Positions 41,731 through 54,601 of a stretch of 64,000 nt of DNA are shown here, piece by piece (positions within the stretch are counted from its first letter, which is position 1; the number at the start of each line of letters is the position of its first letter). The position numbers were made by a program, and so were the translations under genes. Location of the stretch: NCBI GenBank assembly GCA_964035545.1, contig OZ037772.1, forward strand, positions 5,336,233 to 5,400,232, in the 5' to 3' direction. This DNA comes from Bugula neritina (Eukaryota; Animalia; Bryozoa). A model generated the notes under the pieces. That model made no database searches. It worked only from the letters and a program-made list of their open reading frames with translations, and was not told the DNA's origin.

Positions 41731-42559
41731 CTGCAATTTAGACAATAAAACATTAAATAATTTTAGTTGCTGAGACTAGTGATAAAGTGTTGCATATCGG
41801 GTAGTCTCTAGTCTGTTGGCAGTAGTCTGAGATTTCTTGCATGCCCACTTTCTAGCAGCTGCGCTGGAAAGCTTTTTCTCTCTGATGTGAAATGCTGTTT
41901 CAATTTGCTTTGCTGCCTTCTGGGACTGTACTAGCATTATACTGTAACAGCTCTGCTGTTGCTTTGGATACGCTAGCGACGCCAAAGGGAACAAGTTGCA
42001 ACAGCCTGTCTTTTATATAAGGATTATTTGTCTTAGGACAAGGGACCACGCGCTGACCAAATACTTTCTGCCAGAGCAAAGTGGTAAATGACTACAAACT
42101 GGTTCCAGCTTTATAAGTGATTTGTCACTGGATTTATACCTTCAAATATTTCTTATATAGCTGGGTATTGCCACAAAACAACGGAGGTCTGGGATTAGAG
42201 CTTTCCTTCTCCTAGATAAGTTATCTTCTCAGAATAATGAGCATTATTTGTTCAAAGCACTATAGTTTGAAGACGCTGATAACTTGACTTCATTCCTTCT
42301 CCTATTAGTGAAGTAGGTCCGCCAAGCATATATCTATACTATGCTTACAGGCTAGGAGCTGAACTTGGTTATAGGAGGTCATTTTGTGGCGCACGACTGA
42401 AAAAGCATTTTTTTGGCAGTGGGAGCTTATCCGCACTGCGGCTACTTGGCTAGAACCCCCTTTTAACTTAATAGAATGTTGCATATTACATATTGCAAAC
42501 ATTACGCCTTTTTTGAAAAAAGAAATTGCTTAGTTTATTTCCTTAAAAAACTGAATATA

Positions 42560-43900
42560 GGCTGTTTGCCAGTTGGATTTCGCCATGCATCTCCTCGACT
42601 ACTCCCAGTCCTGCAATTTCCTTGCAATTGACTCTGCAGCGGAAAATTGCTTAGGATCTTGAGGCATGAGTGCTCACCTGTCAGCATGATCCTGCAGCAT
42701 TTTATTTACCCCAGCTTGCAGATCTTTTATCAATTTCATCAGTACAGTGAGCTGGTTGGGTGGAGGTGCAGCAGTAGTAGGGGCTGCGACCTGAGGGCTT
42801 GGTGGATTAGGCCTGGTCACTTCTGGCTGTTTTTTTCTACCTGGTTGACTGTAAAGTCTGCACCATGGGAGTCATCTACCTGGTAGTGTGCTTTCCTCAT
42901 GTCTATAGCATCTTTGATAGTCGCTATCATAGACGCCAAATAGTAGCGCTGCAGTCTTGCATTTTTGATGGTACGGAAGAGAGCCTTGTAAACCAGGCTT
43001 CGCTGTTACTCTGTCAGTGCCGCTATAGGTGATCTGTGCCAGTGTTTCTGTAGCATTGGCATGATTCTGAAGCAACGTCCTCTCATCTCTCAGTATGCTC
43101 TGTAGGCGATCAAGGGCGGCGTGAGCAGTCATCCCGAAACGGCTCCTGAGGGCCTGAAAGACGTGGCCTACATTGGGCCCGAGGGCATAACTCTTGGTCC
43201 GACTTGTCAGGCAGGTCTGGAGTCTAAGGAAGCAACTCTCTGATAGACTGTTCGGTATCACCCTTTCCTGAGAAAGTCGGGGCTTGACGCGATACCTGTC
43301 ACCAGGTGGCGTCTGTTTAGCCTTGCCGACCCCCCCAAGAGCAGTGATTAGTGTCTCCATCATGAGAACTTCTTTTTCTTCTTCTTCTTTACCCATTATA
43401 ACTTTCTTTTTTAGTATTGGTTGCTTGTCTTGCTTATCTATTTCACATCCCACTGCTGCCACCAATGTAGTATTTTTGGGTGGTTGTGAAATAAATTAAG
43501 CAAGGTGCATAGTCTATTACTAGTGATCAACAATAAGAGTTGTTTAAGCTTGAAATAATAGCGTCTTTATTATTCTTCTAGATGTGTCTTGGGCGATCTC
43601 CAGTAGTAGACTGATTAACAACCATGAGCTTGCCTTTTTATATAGTAGCGAAAATCTCTTTCCCAAAACTGGTCCGATCCTGCCCAAAATGACTAATGTT
43701 TGGGCAAATCACCCTTCCAGACCTCCAAATTTGCCAAACTTTGGCTAAAGATAGGCTCAAACCAAGTAAGTAGTCCAACAAAAAAAAGAAGGGTAATTCA
43801 CATTTCATTACGCTATTCACTACGCTAAGACCTTAGCTATAATTACAATACCGAAGACATTAAAAAGCTACGCCAAAAGCTTAGCTATAATTACAACATA
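42560..43900 (-). mobile_element. Gypsy-like LTR retrotransposon remnant (LTR, PBS, gag-like fragment)
   Basis: On -, ..CTACA-T-TGGTGGCAGCAGTGGGAT (43447-43470) is an LTR end plus a tRNA-Leu-type PBS; TATA and AATAAA lie in the putative LTR; gag-like ORF 42872-43465 (LRLQTCL..VFQALRSRFG). Boundaries approximate. Confidence 0.7.
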
Positions 43901-44109
43901 CAAAGCATTTAAAAGTTATGCCAAGTAATTTATACTAATGACCAAATAATTACTAGAACTTTCCAGAACATAGGGATGATAACTCTTAAGATCAATTACA
44001 CGGCTATAAAAGCTAATTACTTTTGATATAGTTAATTTTTTCAAGAGAGTACATTGGTTAGTCAGATGTTGCTGTAAGTTAAGTATCGTTATGTTATACT
44101 GCCCAGGTT

Positions 44110-44880
44110 ATGCTTTCACGCATGTCTACATGTATATAGATACGGATTCATTCCTGTTATCGAAGGATGCTTTTGTTAGAATTGCATACTATGAAGCATG
44201 TCTCTGAATGGCAGAGGTTGCATTCTTTGTTAGTCTCATTACAAAAAGTAATATCATTCAGTATTTCTATTAGATACTGAATCAATTGGATGCTCTGGTT
44301 TTTTAACTTTTAGATAAATTTGTTAAGTTGAGTGTAATTATTTTGTTGTTGTTACTGTTGGATGTCGGTTTGAATTCAGTTTCTGATGTGCTTATAAGGA
44401 GGTCTTGTGTTGGCAGCTATCAATGGTTGTGTAACAGTTTTCTGGTAAATAATATACTTAGTGAAGTACTTTTCATATAGTGGACACACTTTATGACTTT
44501 TGCAATTGCCTTCTCAGTTGGTTAGAATATAGTGTTGAGTTTACCCAGTGGTCCCCTTGGTGTAATGGTAGCACACTCGCTTGCAAGCCAGAGGTCTCGG
44601 GTTCAATTTCCAATGGGGGCAAAATTATTTTTCATAGAATGCCAGATTGAGGTGTCTCTGCAACTGTGGTTGTTTATTATGTTGTTTAGGTTTCTACAGC
44701 AGCTGTCGCTGAGCTGTGTATAGTGCTTTTGATGAAAATTTTAAAAGTTTCATGATCTTTGAGTATTTTTTTCTTTTAGGATTTCACAAATTTGTTTGCT
44801 CAGGTTGTTTATTACGCTTTTAGAGAAGGGAGGGTTGTACCTTATGCATATCATGTTTCTTCTTCTTGTGGTTGTAGGTC
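44110..44880 (-). mobile_element. Degenerate Penelope-like element (linker + GIY-YIG endonuclease end)
   Basis: Broken - strand translation: RRRNMICIRYNPPFSKSV..LSDSCCRNLNNIINNH..NCKSHKVCPL..IIYQKTVT..SETEFK..CNLCHSETCFIVC..NRNE..TCRHA. This matches the typical PLE C-terminal pattern. Interrupted by a SINE at ~44550. Confidence 0.75.
44550..44630 (+). mobile_element. tRNA-Ala-like SINE head, family B, nested in the Penelope remnant
   Basis: ggtccccttggtgtaatggtagcacactcgcttgcaagccagaggtctcgggttcaatttccaatgggggcaaaatt. Confidence 0.7.
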
Positions 44881-45315
44881 TGTCAATGTATTAATGCAAA
44901 ACCTTTGTATTCTAGATGAGTATTTTTATTTACATGTACCTCTCAAAATGATGATAAATAAATAAAATATATTTCTAAAACATTAAAAAAGCATGACTAC
45001 ACATGAAGGATAACATGAACATAAAAGTTTTGCTAGATAAATTAGCTTGGAACTTGTAGATAAAGTATAATTGACTAAATATTATTATTTCATCTTTGCT
45101 TGCAGTTAATAACAACAAATGAAATATAATTTAATACACATATACATAACATGAAACAACAGGCATTAATAGAATATAGTAATTTACCAAAAAGGACATG
45201 CGTAAGGATTATAATGGGTTTTATGTTTCAACTGCTAGAAATTTTATTCAACAATATTGATTTTTTTCTAGCAGACAAATCTTTTGAAAGATTGCAGTAC
45301 TGCTTTCTTTTTTTA

Positions 45316-47590
45316 TTATTCAATGAACAATCCATGAACTTCCAACTCATAGATATTGAGAGGCTTATTTACTTCAACAGCTGTTAGTCTCACATATCTA
45401 CCATATATTCTAGTATGACATGTAACCAGAAATATATCTACAGGTTGTGGTTGTCCAGGAAGGTAGTCACAGATCTCATCTTCTGGTGGATCATCAAAGT
45501 TGGTGTCGGTTTCACCAACTGTTACTCTTACATTGGCCAGTCGATTATTTATAGCTATATGAACAATAAAAAGAACTGGATTATATTAAGTAGGTGAGCC
45601 ATAATCCTAATTATCTTAGTACATCCAACATAAACACAATATTAATATTATGATCTGTTTGCAGTTATGGTGTTATCAGCAACTGTGCACATACTATGAA
45701 TATTGTCTGCAACTGCTACAATAATGCAACTAACACATACATAGTTTTAATAAATTTGAGAAGAAAATGAAAAAAACAAGAAAAAATCTCTGCAATAATT
45801 AAAAAAAGTTTTTACTTACTGGGAAACCTCTCATCCAACCTGTTCCAGATCTTGACACCCTCAACAAAGTGGTTGGTAACCAGATCTACTTGTATCCATG
45901 GAGATAGTTCCTGTTCAGTATGTGCCAAACTTTTAAGGTCGTGTAGTCCAGATTCAGAAGGACTATAAATGCCATCAATAGCTTTAGATCCCGGAAAGAA
46001 AGAACGATGGACGCTGCTCATAGTAGCTTTTTTATCTGCAATTCAGATAATAAAAATGAGAGTTTGCCTTCGCGAAATATGTTGAGAACAATTTAATAAC
46101 ATGTTGTGTAATGAATATTCTAACTTTTAACAAAAGTTATAGAGTTGACTCTTCATTTTGCCACCAAAACCAAGGTGAACAGATTTTAAAGCAATGTTAC
46201 AGGAATGTTCCAACTGCCTGATTTTTTATACCTTTAGTGAGATCAGTAGTGAAGCAGTAGACAACCAACTCCTCAGAGTATATCTTCTTAACAGAACACA
46301 GTCTACTAGTCTGCTCTGTGTTGATTATCACTTCTGGTTTATCAGACAGGAAACAGATTGATGTATTCTTGTCATATGACACAGCAACACATGACTGGTT
46401 ACAGGAGCAGAGAGACAGACAAAACTCAAGACTAAAAGTGATTCTATGTTGGTAAGGTGTTAGCACATCAGAAAATGTCCGATTCAAAAATAGTTCTTCA
46501 TCTATAAAGAAATATGTGTAAATTATATGAAAGCAGTTAAACTATTGTTACTATTTTCTAATAACTGAATATATACGTTAATTTTGCTTTTGTCTATAGT
46601 AATTGGACCCCAACACAGTTTATTGCTAATATATAGAAACTCAAATTTATAGAATTATATGCAATTATTTTACTGATTATGAAACTTGATATGTAAATAG
46701 AAAGCTGATAAAACAAATTTTGTAGCAAAAGATGGCTTGTTAGAATTGAATGACCACATTTTTCATGTATAAAAACTGAACCTCTCAACATAAAGCATCC
46801 CCTTAGCTCTCAGAATTGAATGACATTTATTAATTTACTTGTCATTGAAGATATCTTCATAAAGTGAGCCATCTCTTCCAAGTTTCTTTCTTTTAGTTCT
46901 ACTAAAGGTTCATTGAACAGTCTACAAGTTCTGTTTGCTGATCCAAAGACACCAGACAGACACTGACTGTGGAGATCACTGCACTGAGTCATACACTCGA
47001 GAGTCGAGCCAGCTAAAACCAGTTTATATTCATATTTATTGATGACATTTTGCTGTTCTAATTAAGAGTTAAGTATACAATTAGTAGTTTATAAAGCCAC
47101 AATATCAATAGCCTATCACATTTATCAAAATGATAAAAATGGAGAAATAATTAAGTGATCAAAAGCATCATGCGATATCAGCTGTGTATACACCCTGATC
47201 AAATCACTTTGAATATAACTGAGTGTTTACAGTATACTGTATTATCTATGCATTTCTAAGGTGTGCATGAATTTCACATTCCTTACAAGGATCCACTGTG
47301 AGGCATTGCACATTACACCAGAGTGTCACCTAAAAGACTGTTGCAGTTGCAGTGTTCTTTTAAATGTCTTTTCTATATTTGTGTCATCTTGTAATGTGCT
47401 GCGGCAAAAATATTCACACTTCCTTACCTTTCCCAGCTTGTGTTGGCTCCGTCTCTTGGAGTAGCGAATAGTTCAGTACATTGGAAATATCTTGCATGCA
47501 ATACATGTTTTGAATTTCATTTTCTATAGCTGAGATTAGAGCCAAATACAAATTACCAAGAAGAATTATTTTATCAAGATGCAGCGCCAT
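45316..47590 (-). CDS. Secreted PAN-PAN-F-type lectin protein (L3, ~368 aa)
   Basis: Exons 47428-47590 (MALHLDKIILLGNLYLALISA..), 46839-47057 (ECMTQC..CLSGVF..RTCRL), 46232-46501 (FCLSLC..CVAVSYD..IC), 45820-46035, 45316-45554; 1107 nt in frame. H-x26-R-x-D fucose-site motif intact (AHT..WNRLD). Confidence 0.88.
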
Positions 47591-49397
47591 GTTTACATGA
47601 GAAGTGGTGTTTAATAAATGAAAATATATACAAATACTATTTACTAGCTCCTAGAAAATATGATAATAGGACATATCCTGATGCTATATGCCACTATTGT
47701 TATAGATCAATAATACCCTGGGGACATAGAATGAAATTGATTCAATTGTTCAAATGATATTATCAACTCCAACTTCAAATAAGCTTATTTTAGCTGATCT
47801 TGACAAAACATCATCATTATAGTTTGAGGCGATTGAGCAAACAAACAGCAAATTATTCTTTACAATTATTTTCTTTACTCTATATTTTGTAATATGTTAA
47901 TTTTTATCTTTTAAGTAGTTCTAATAAATGTTACTTGGCCTTTTGTTTGAATCAACTCTATTCATTAAATAAAGCATGACTTTATGTTGCAACTGAGGTG
48001 CAATATTATAAAATGATAGTTCAATACTTTCTAGAAACTATAAAGATTCATTGATTAAATTAGTTGAAATATATTCCATCAGCAGAGCAAACTAAAATAC
48101 TACTTTAACTAAGCTGAATAACTGAAAGTCTGAAAACATAAAACAATTATCAAGACTTTTCACCGAGCAAAGTTTCTATAATAAAGTAAGCTTTAAACGA
48201 TGAATTGAAAAAACACTTCAAATATGAAACTTTGCATGTAGAGGCGTTTTCATGAGTTGAAGTTTAAAATGCAATGATCATACAAAAGCAATTTTCAATG
48301 CATCAGCTTCATTTGCTTTGTTTGTTTCCTTAAAATAATTAAAGCACGGGCACATTTACAGTTGTGGTAACTCACTTAATATAATTGACTTGAAAAAATT
48401 AGAAAAGAAATGCAATGTAATGATATTACAAGGTACTGAATTATAAATCCTTATTAACATTGAATAAGTGCTACATTAGTTTGCATCTATAATAGTCAAT
48501 CACTTTGTGTGTATTATTCATTATCTTCCTTTCAAATTCCTACTACATTATGCAAAGTACACTATAGTCTAGCATACAGTAGTTATTGGTATTGATCTAT
48601 ATAAATAATATCATTGCAGATATACTGAAATATAGAATATAAAATGAAAACTAATATCTGCTGCTTCAACCTAAGAGTCACGTTTCTAAGGAGCTTAATT
48701 ATACCAATACATAGAATAGTCTGCATAATTTATAATGAATTGAAATTTGAAACACAAGTATGCCCATAAAGCTGTATTTCAATGATCACCTGTGTTCTGA
48801 TTTGAAAAGCAAACATCAATTATATTTTAGCCATTCACCAGTTTATTACTGTATACTGAAATACCAGCATTTAATAGGAATTAATATTGATTAATGAAAT
48901 TCCAGTTTGCAATTTGCCTATAAAATTCTTGAAAGCATATTATACTATAAAGCATCATTTGAAACTTTCCTATATACTGTATTACACAGGATTGCATGCA
49001 GTAATATGTTTACAAATGCATGGTATTGATTTATGAAACGTGACAAGCAATTAATACTGCAATAATAATATATAGAAACTATTTGGTATAGCCATACATT
49101 AGGAGCAGATGAGCCCAGCATTTATTTGGTAATGTTGAATCTAAAGAGCTTAGGTGTAACAAAACACAGATTGCTTGATGTATACTGATTTAATATTTTA
49201 AAATTGAGTATATAATATGTGCTAAAAGAGGTAGTGTTAAAAAACAGTGCTCAATGTACGTTATCTATCAAAATAAAATATTTTAAGCTTTGATCGATCT
49301 ATTTGCATGACACTGATGATAAAATGAAAAAAATTAAAAGCTTCTGTTGGGTAAGTAAAAGCCCAATTTGCAGCTAGAATGAAATATTAAAAAGAAA

Positions 49398-49607
49398 GGA
49401 GCATCTATGGTCTAGGGGTTAGAGCCTTTTCCAAGTAAACACGAAGTCATAGGTTCAAACCCGGACAAAGGCCATTGGTGATGTTAGGAAGAGCATCCAG
49501 TCATAATTGCTCCTGTGCCCCACCTAATTAAGTCCTCAGCTTGCTTTAACAAAAACCCTTCCCATCAGGAGTTTTCTCACAGGGATAGCAACTATAAACT
49601 TGCATGA
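49398..49607 (+). mobile_element. SINE family A
   Basis: Full-length match. Confidence 0.85.
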
Positions 49608-49923
49608 AACAAAATATTGAAAAGATGCTAGACATCATCTGCAAAGGTTTGGCTGCTATCCACACGAAGTGTAGCTGCTTGCAGTTGAAGGACTAAACGT
49701 TTTTTTTGAAGACTATAAAAACAATTTGCCGTAAGTGCAAAATAATTGGAGTCACATAAAAAAATCAAGTTTGTTTAGTGTTTTCTTTTAGAATAAATTC
49801 ATACTTTTTGGGATATGTTCTGTTGAATATGCATTTCATGTTATACAATTCTTTAATTTTTTTACAACATTAGTCTGTTACTAATGTTGTAAGTAGTTTT
49901 CTCTATTACAGATTTAGAATATC

Positions 49924-49928
<5 letters not shown>

Positions 49929-49993
<65 letters not shown>

Positions 49994-50010
49994 TATACAT
50001 ATACATATAC

Positions 50011-50077
<67 letters not shown>
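49929..50077. repeat. (TA)n microsatellite
   Basis: Direct reading; others at 27836-27897 and 62056-62092. Confidence 0.95.
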
Positions 50078-50079
<2 letters not shown>

Positions 50080-50125
50080 CAGTGTTGCTACAGTGCTAGA
50101 AGTAAACTATAATAAACTACTACAG

Positions 50126-50345
50126 AGAGCAGCCGTTGTTTATAGGGGTTAGAATGTTTGCATAGTAAGGTCAAAGTCATGGATTCAAGCCCAGACAAAA
50201 ACCATTGGTGATGTTTGAAAGAGTACATCCAGTCACAATTGCTTCTGCGCCTTATTTCAATAAGTTCTTGGCACAATTTTACAAAAACCCTTTTCATCAG
50301 GGGTTTTTTCACAGGAATGGTGACCATAAACTTGCGTGAGTTTTT
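50126..50345 (+). mobile_element. SINE family A
   Basis: Full-length match. Confidence 0.82.
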
Positions 50346-50848
50346 GATGATAAACTACTACATTGCAAACTGACTGAGGAAAAAAGTCAAACTTTTGATG
50401 TTAAGTAAACATTTTGCTACAAGTAATAAAAATACATGTTGATATAGGTTTACTGCAAGACCTTGTCTGCAATTTTTTTTAATTACAGAAAATATATGCT
50501 GCTCAAATAGAAAAAGACTACTATATAATAACATTTAGTTTCTCAATTCAGCTTAGTATTAGTTCTTTGATTTTGTACATATAATATAGAATATTCCATT
50601 AGGTAACAAAAGTGAAAGATGGTCTAATTCTGTTTAAAATAATGACAACTGATTCAAATTAATTATTCAAGTGTTTAAAATTAGTCATATTTTCTAAAAA
50701 ATATCCACATTTTTGCGCAATTACTAAATACTACCAAAATGATATAGATTTTTTGATAGTTTTTAGTAATCTTCAATAAATGAATTTATACAAAAAGGAA
50801 GATTACATAACATAACACTTAATAATCATTTCTTTATAAAGATAAAAA

Positions 50849-53800
50849 TCATCCCCGGTAAGCCTTAATTGTATGTGCCGGAGATTTTTTGATTTTCCTT
50901 CTTTGAGATTTTTGCATTTGTTGTAATAATCTTCTTTTTCTAGCTGAAACGAATGCAAAATAAAAATTTTAGGGACTTGCATTAAACCAGCACAAAGTGT
51001 GTAAGACGCGATATAGTATATATATTGTACCAATATTTGTTTACTTAGTACATGTTTTACATGTTATCTGAGCAGCATCACATCATTAGGGTGGATAAAA
51101 TCAGCATTACACACGCACACACACACACACACGCACGCGCACACACACGCACACACACACACGCGCGCACACACATGCACACGCACACACACGCGCACAC
51201 ATGTGCACAGGTACAAGCACCAGCACACGCACGCACACACACACAGTATTTTAACTGACTGAACCTCAAATTTTAGAATGTGAAATATGACAAAGAAGAA
51301 AACTCCCACCTCGTTTCTCTCGCACCATCAGCACTGCTATGATAGTTAGAATTATGACTGTAGCTACTAACACCAGGTACCCAATAGCAGAGTGCGCATC
51401 TAAAAGATATTGTAGACGTTATGTACAGTCTGTTTTATATACATGGTGCTATCTAAAAATGATTTTACCACACACAGTATAATCTATTTTACATTTAATA
51501 GAAGTTGAAATAAAATATCTTGTTATATATATAGTACTCATAGTTAAAGATCTTCAACTTCATAATACTGCGCGAGATGTACCTCCAACACCAACAGAAC
51601 CTCTACCATGTCTTTGTGAACTTTACGAAGGCCTTCGACAGAGTCCGGCATGCAGCTTTGTGGGCAATCATGAGGATGTTTAACATCAACGCCAATCTAA
51701 TCAACACAATAAAACAACTATATAATAAGGCCTCCAGCACAGTTTACCTCAACGGAAGCATAGGGGACTGGTTCGGGACATTAGTTGGGGTCAGACAAGG
51801 CTGTTTGCTTTCTCCAACTTTCTTCAACATCTTTTTGGAAAGAACCATGACTGGCGCACTAGAAGAGCACAATGTAACAGTCAGCATTGGAGGCAGAACA
51901 ATTACCAATTTGCGTTTTGCTGACGACATTAACGGACTAGCAGGGGAAGAACAAGAGCTCACCAAAACTTGTAGAACGATTGGACACAACCTCAGCAGCG
52001 TACGGCATGGAGATCAGTGCCGAGAAAACCAAGCTGATGACCAACAATATTGACAGCATCAACACAGACATCAAAATCAATGGCAAAAAACTTGGAACTG
52101 TCAAGAGCTTCAAGTACCTTGGGTCAGTCGTATCAGATGAAGGATCAAAGCCTGAAATTCTCTCCAAGATTGCGCAAACAACAGCCGCCCTGACAAATCT
52201 GAGGTCTGTTTGAAATGACAAAAATATCAGACTGATGCGATCACTGGTCATCTCCATATTTCTGTCTGCCTGTGGGTCATGGACACTGAAAGCAGATTTG
52301 GAGAGAAAAATACAGGTAACTGAAATGAGATGCTACCGCAGGCTCCTAGGCATCTCATACAAAGACCACGTCACAAATGTTGAGGTACTGAACAGAGTCA
52401 CAAACGCATCAAAAAGATCTTTTGACTACTGTGAAGAGATAGAAACTGAAGTAGTCTGGGCATGTCACAAGATCCACAGGACTTGCCAAGACAATCCTAC
52501 AAGGAACTGTTCAAGGAGGGAGAAGGAGAGGCAGGCAGAGATAGAATGGGAGGACAACATCACAGAGAGGACCGGAAAAACACTGAGCGACAACTTGAGG
52601 AGGACAGAGAACAGAACGGGATAGAGAGAGCTGATTGCAAAGATCAACAGTGGTGCCCCAACGATCGTTCCGACCAAGAAATAGATACAGGTACAGGTAC
52701 AGTTGAAGAAAACAAGACATTTGCTTACTTTTAGATTTTGTATCATCTTCATTTTCTGACAAGCTGTTGAATGTCGAGTTGATTCTAAAATGAAGCAAGC
52801 TGAGACCATTAAATGTAGAAGTTTTGGTAATGTGAGTTGAAGGTTTTGTTGTCTGATGACCAGCTGCCTTTACAGTAGAAGAAGTTTCTTGAATCGAGTC
52901 AATCCATTTAACTGTGACCATGCTTGAAGGAAACTCTTGAGAATCTAAAGCTAAGAGAAAGTTAGCAAAACGTCTTTAAAAAGTTTAAAGCTTTTTTCCA
53001 GGATATTTGTAAATTAAAGCTATAGCTTTAGTTTACAAATATGCTGGAAGAAAAAATTTTCTTTGTCCTAAAGTGATCATGTTTGATATGCTAGTAGCTG
53101 GTGACCATTTTACTTATTTACCATTATCGTTGGCTCTCTTAACTCCACACTTTAAAGTTGATAGGTCAGAATGACCTTGAGTTGTGTCAAGGTCATATTC
53201 ATTGCCAAGAATCACTTCTTGGCTAAGTCCAATCCAATACGTCTGCACATTGTCCGGGAATAGCTCAGAGCGCATGTTGCAGTACAACTTTCTAGTGCCT
53301 GAGTTCTTCCTGACTTTAATTTTTGGGTTATACCTCCCAGATGGCTGGAAGTCTGGAATAATATACGTCATTCAGTTTTTTTAACACTTTAATTTGAAAG
53401 TTTAACAATAGAGCTTTTAAAACATTAAATTCTTTTAAACCATATAAAATAGTACGACAGATTATTTTCTATAATTTCTAATAGGAAAGCCCAACAATAA
53501 CAAAAGTAGCACTGTACAATATTTGACATTATAACTATTTTATTAACAGAATGCTGAGGCATAAAAAACTTTTATGATTTTACAATTCATAGTTGAATAA
53601 CTATCTACTCCTATAGGAAAATAACTTCAACATTACACTCACACACAGTGGGAGGAAGAGAGAGAAAGGCAGAGTCATAGATGCCACTGGAAGAAGAATC
53701 TTTGCACGTCATATTCAAGCCTAGTCTGTGTTCCTGAGTCAGAGTATATAGTAGAGTCCCACCAACATGGTGCATTACATCAGGAGTTGCGATGCCTTCA

Positions 53801-54601
53801 CTCTCAATTACTATTCAACATTATTTTTGATGGCATTTTTTTCCATATGTTGGCTTAATTTTAGAAATTTATCTGTAATATTTATTAGCTACGCAGAATT
53901 GTAAAAAAGGCAGGACTGACTTTCAATATTATCGGTAGTCAAAAACAAAAAAACTTTTAAGGACTTGAAGTTTCAAAGCAAAATATAAGACTCTACTTAA
54001 AGCAATCATGCATAATAAAAAAATGTAGATGTAAATACATTAATAAATTATATATAGGTATATGGTATAAAACAAATAACCGATTTTATCATAACAGTTT
54101 CAGACTGCATGAAACTTTGGCATTGGTTTGGCTAGTTAGAAGCTATGTTATGTTATGAAATTACCACAAACACTATGATTACTATTCACCCTTTAACAAT
54201 TATCTGCGTCTAGCTGTATTATTGGCTTGAACATTTTCATTGAAAACATTTTATACTCACTGATGTCAGCATAAAAGTTTGACTTGTTTGCTGCCAATGG
54301 CTTACAGCTGATCTCCAGTTTTTCTCCTTCAAACAAGAAGTTCTTGTAGTTTGTGGAAAGGTTTAGGGCTGGTGAGTTTAGAAATTAAAAATTGTTATTA
54401 TATTTTATAAAATACTTCACTAGTCACTAGCTCAATGTTTGACAAACGTTTTTTACTTTATAAAATGTTCTTGACACAAAGTTGGATATAATAATGTTAG
54501 TAATTATGTTAGTAAACAGTATTAATCGTACCAAGTGTGAGGTGTTTTTGTATATTTAAAAGTGTAAATATTCGTATTGCGTGTTGTATTTGCATTGCCA
54601 T
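50849..54601 (-). CDS. Type I transmembrane protein (~327 aa): two Ig-like domains, Ser/Thr stalk, TM, basic tail
   Basis: Exons 54532-54601 (leader), 54261-54368 ([12 protein letters not shown]), 53643-53810 ([14 protein letters not shown]), 53122-53352 ([24 protein letters not shown]), 52729-52950 (S/T-rich), 51310-51399 ([26 protein letters not shown]), 50849-50943 ([13 protein letters not shown]). All introns phase 1, 984 nt open. The Ig assignment rests on Cys/Trp spacing only. Confidence 0.78.
51548..52702 (+). mobile_element. 5'-truncated RTE-clade non-LTR retrotransposon (RT fragment), degenerate
   Basis: [58 protein letters not shown]. Frameshift near 51965, stop at 52211, short-repeat tail (GGTACA)n near 52684-52702. 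Lies antisense in intron 5 of the Ig/TM gene. Confidence 0.92.

Noticed and set aside
41789-42003. Solo LTR with TGTTGCA...TGCAACA ends
   Set aside because: No target-site duplication and no second copy in the window.
47261-47398. Extra exon of L3
   Set aside because: It would need a 29-nt intron and has an in-phase stop.
53114-53371. C-type lectin domain suggested by YWIGL
   Set aside because: No WND or EPN/QPD motif or CTLD Cys pattern; the C..W..C spacing and exon context fit an Ig-like domain better.
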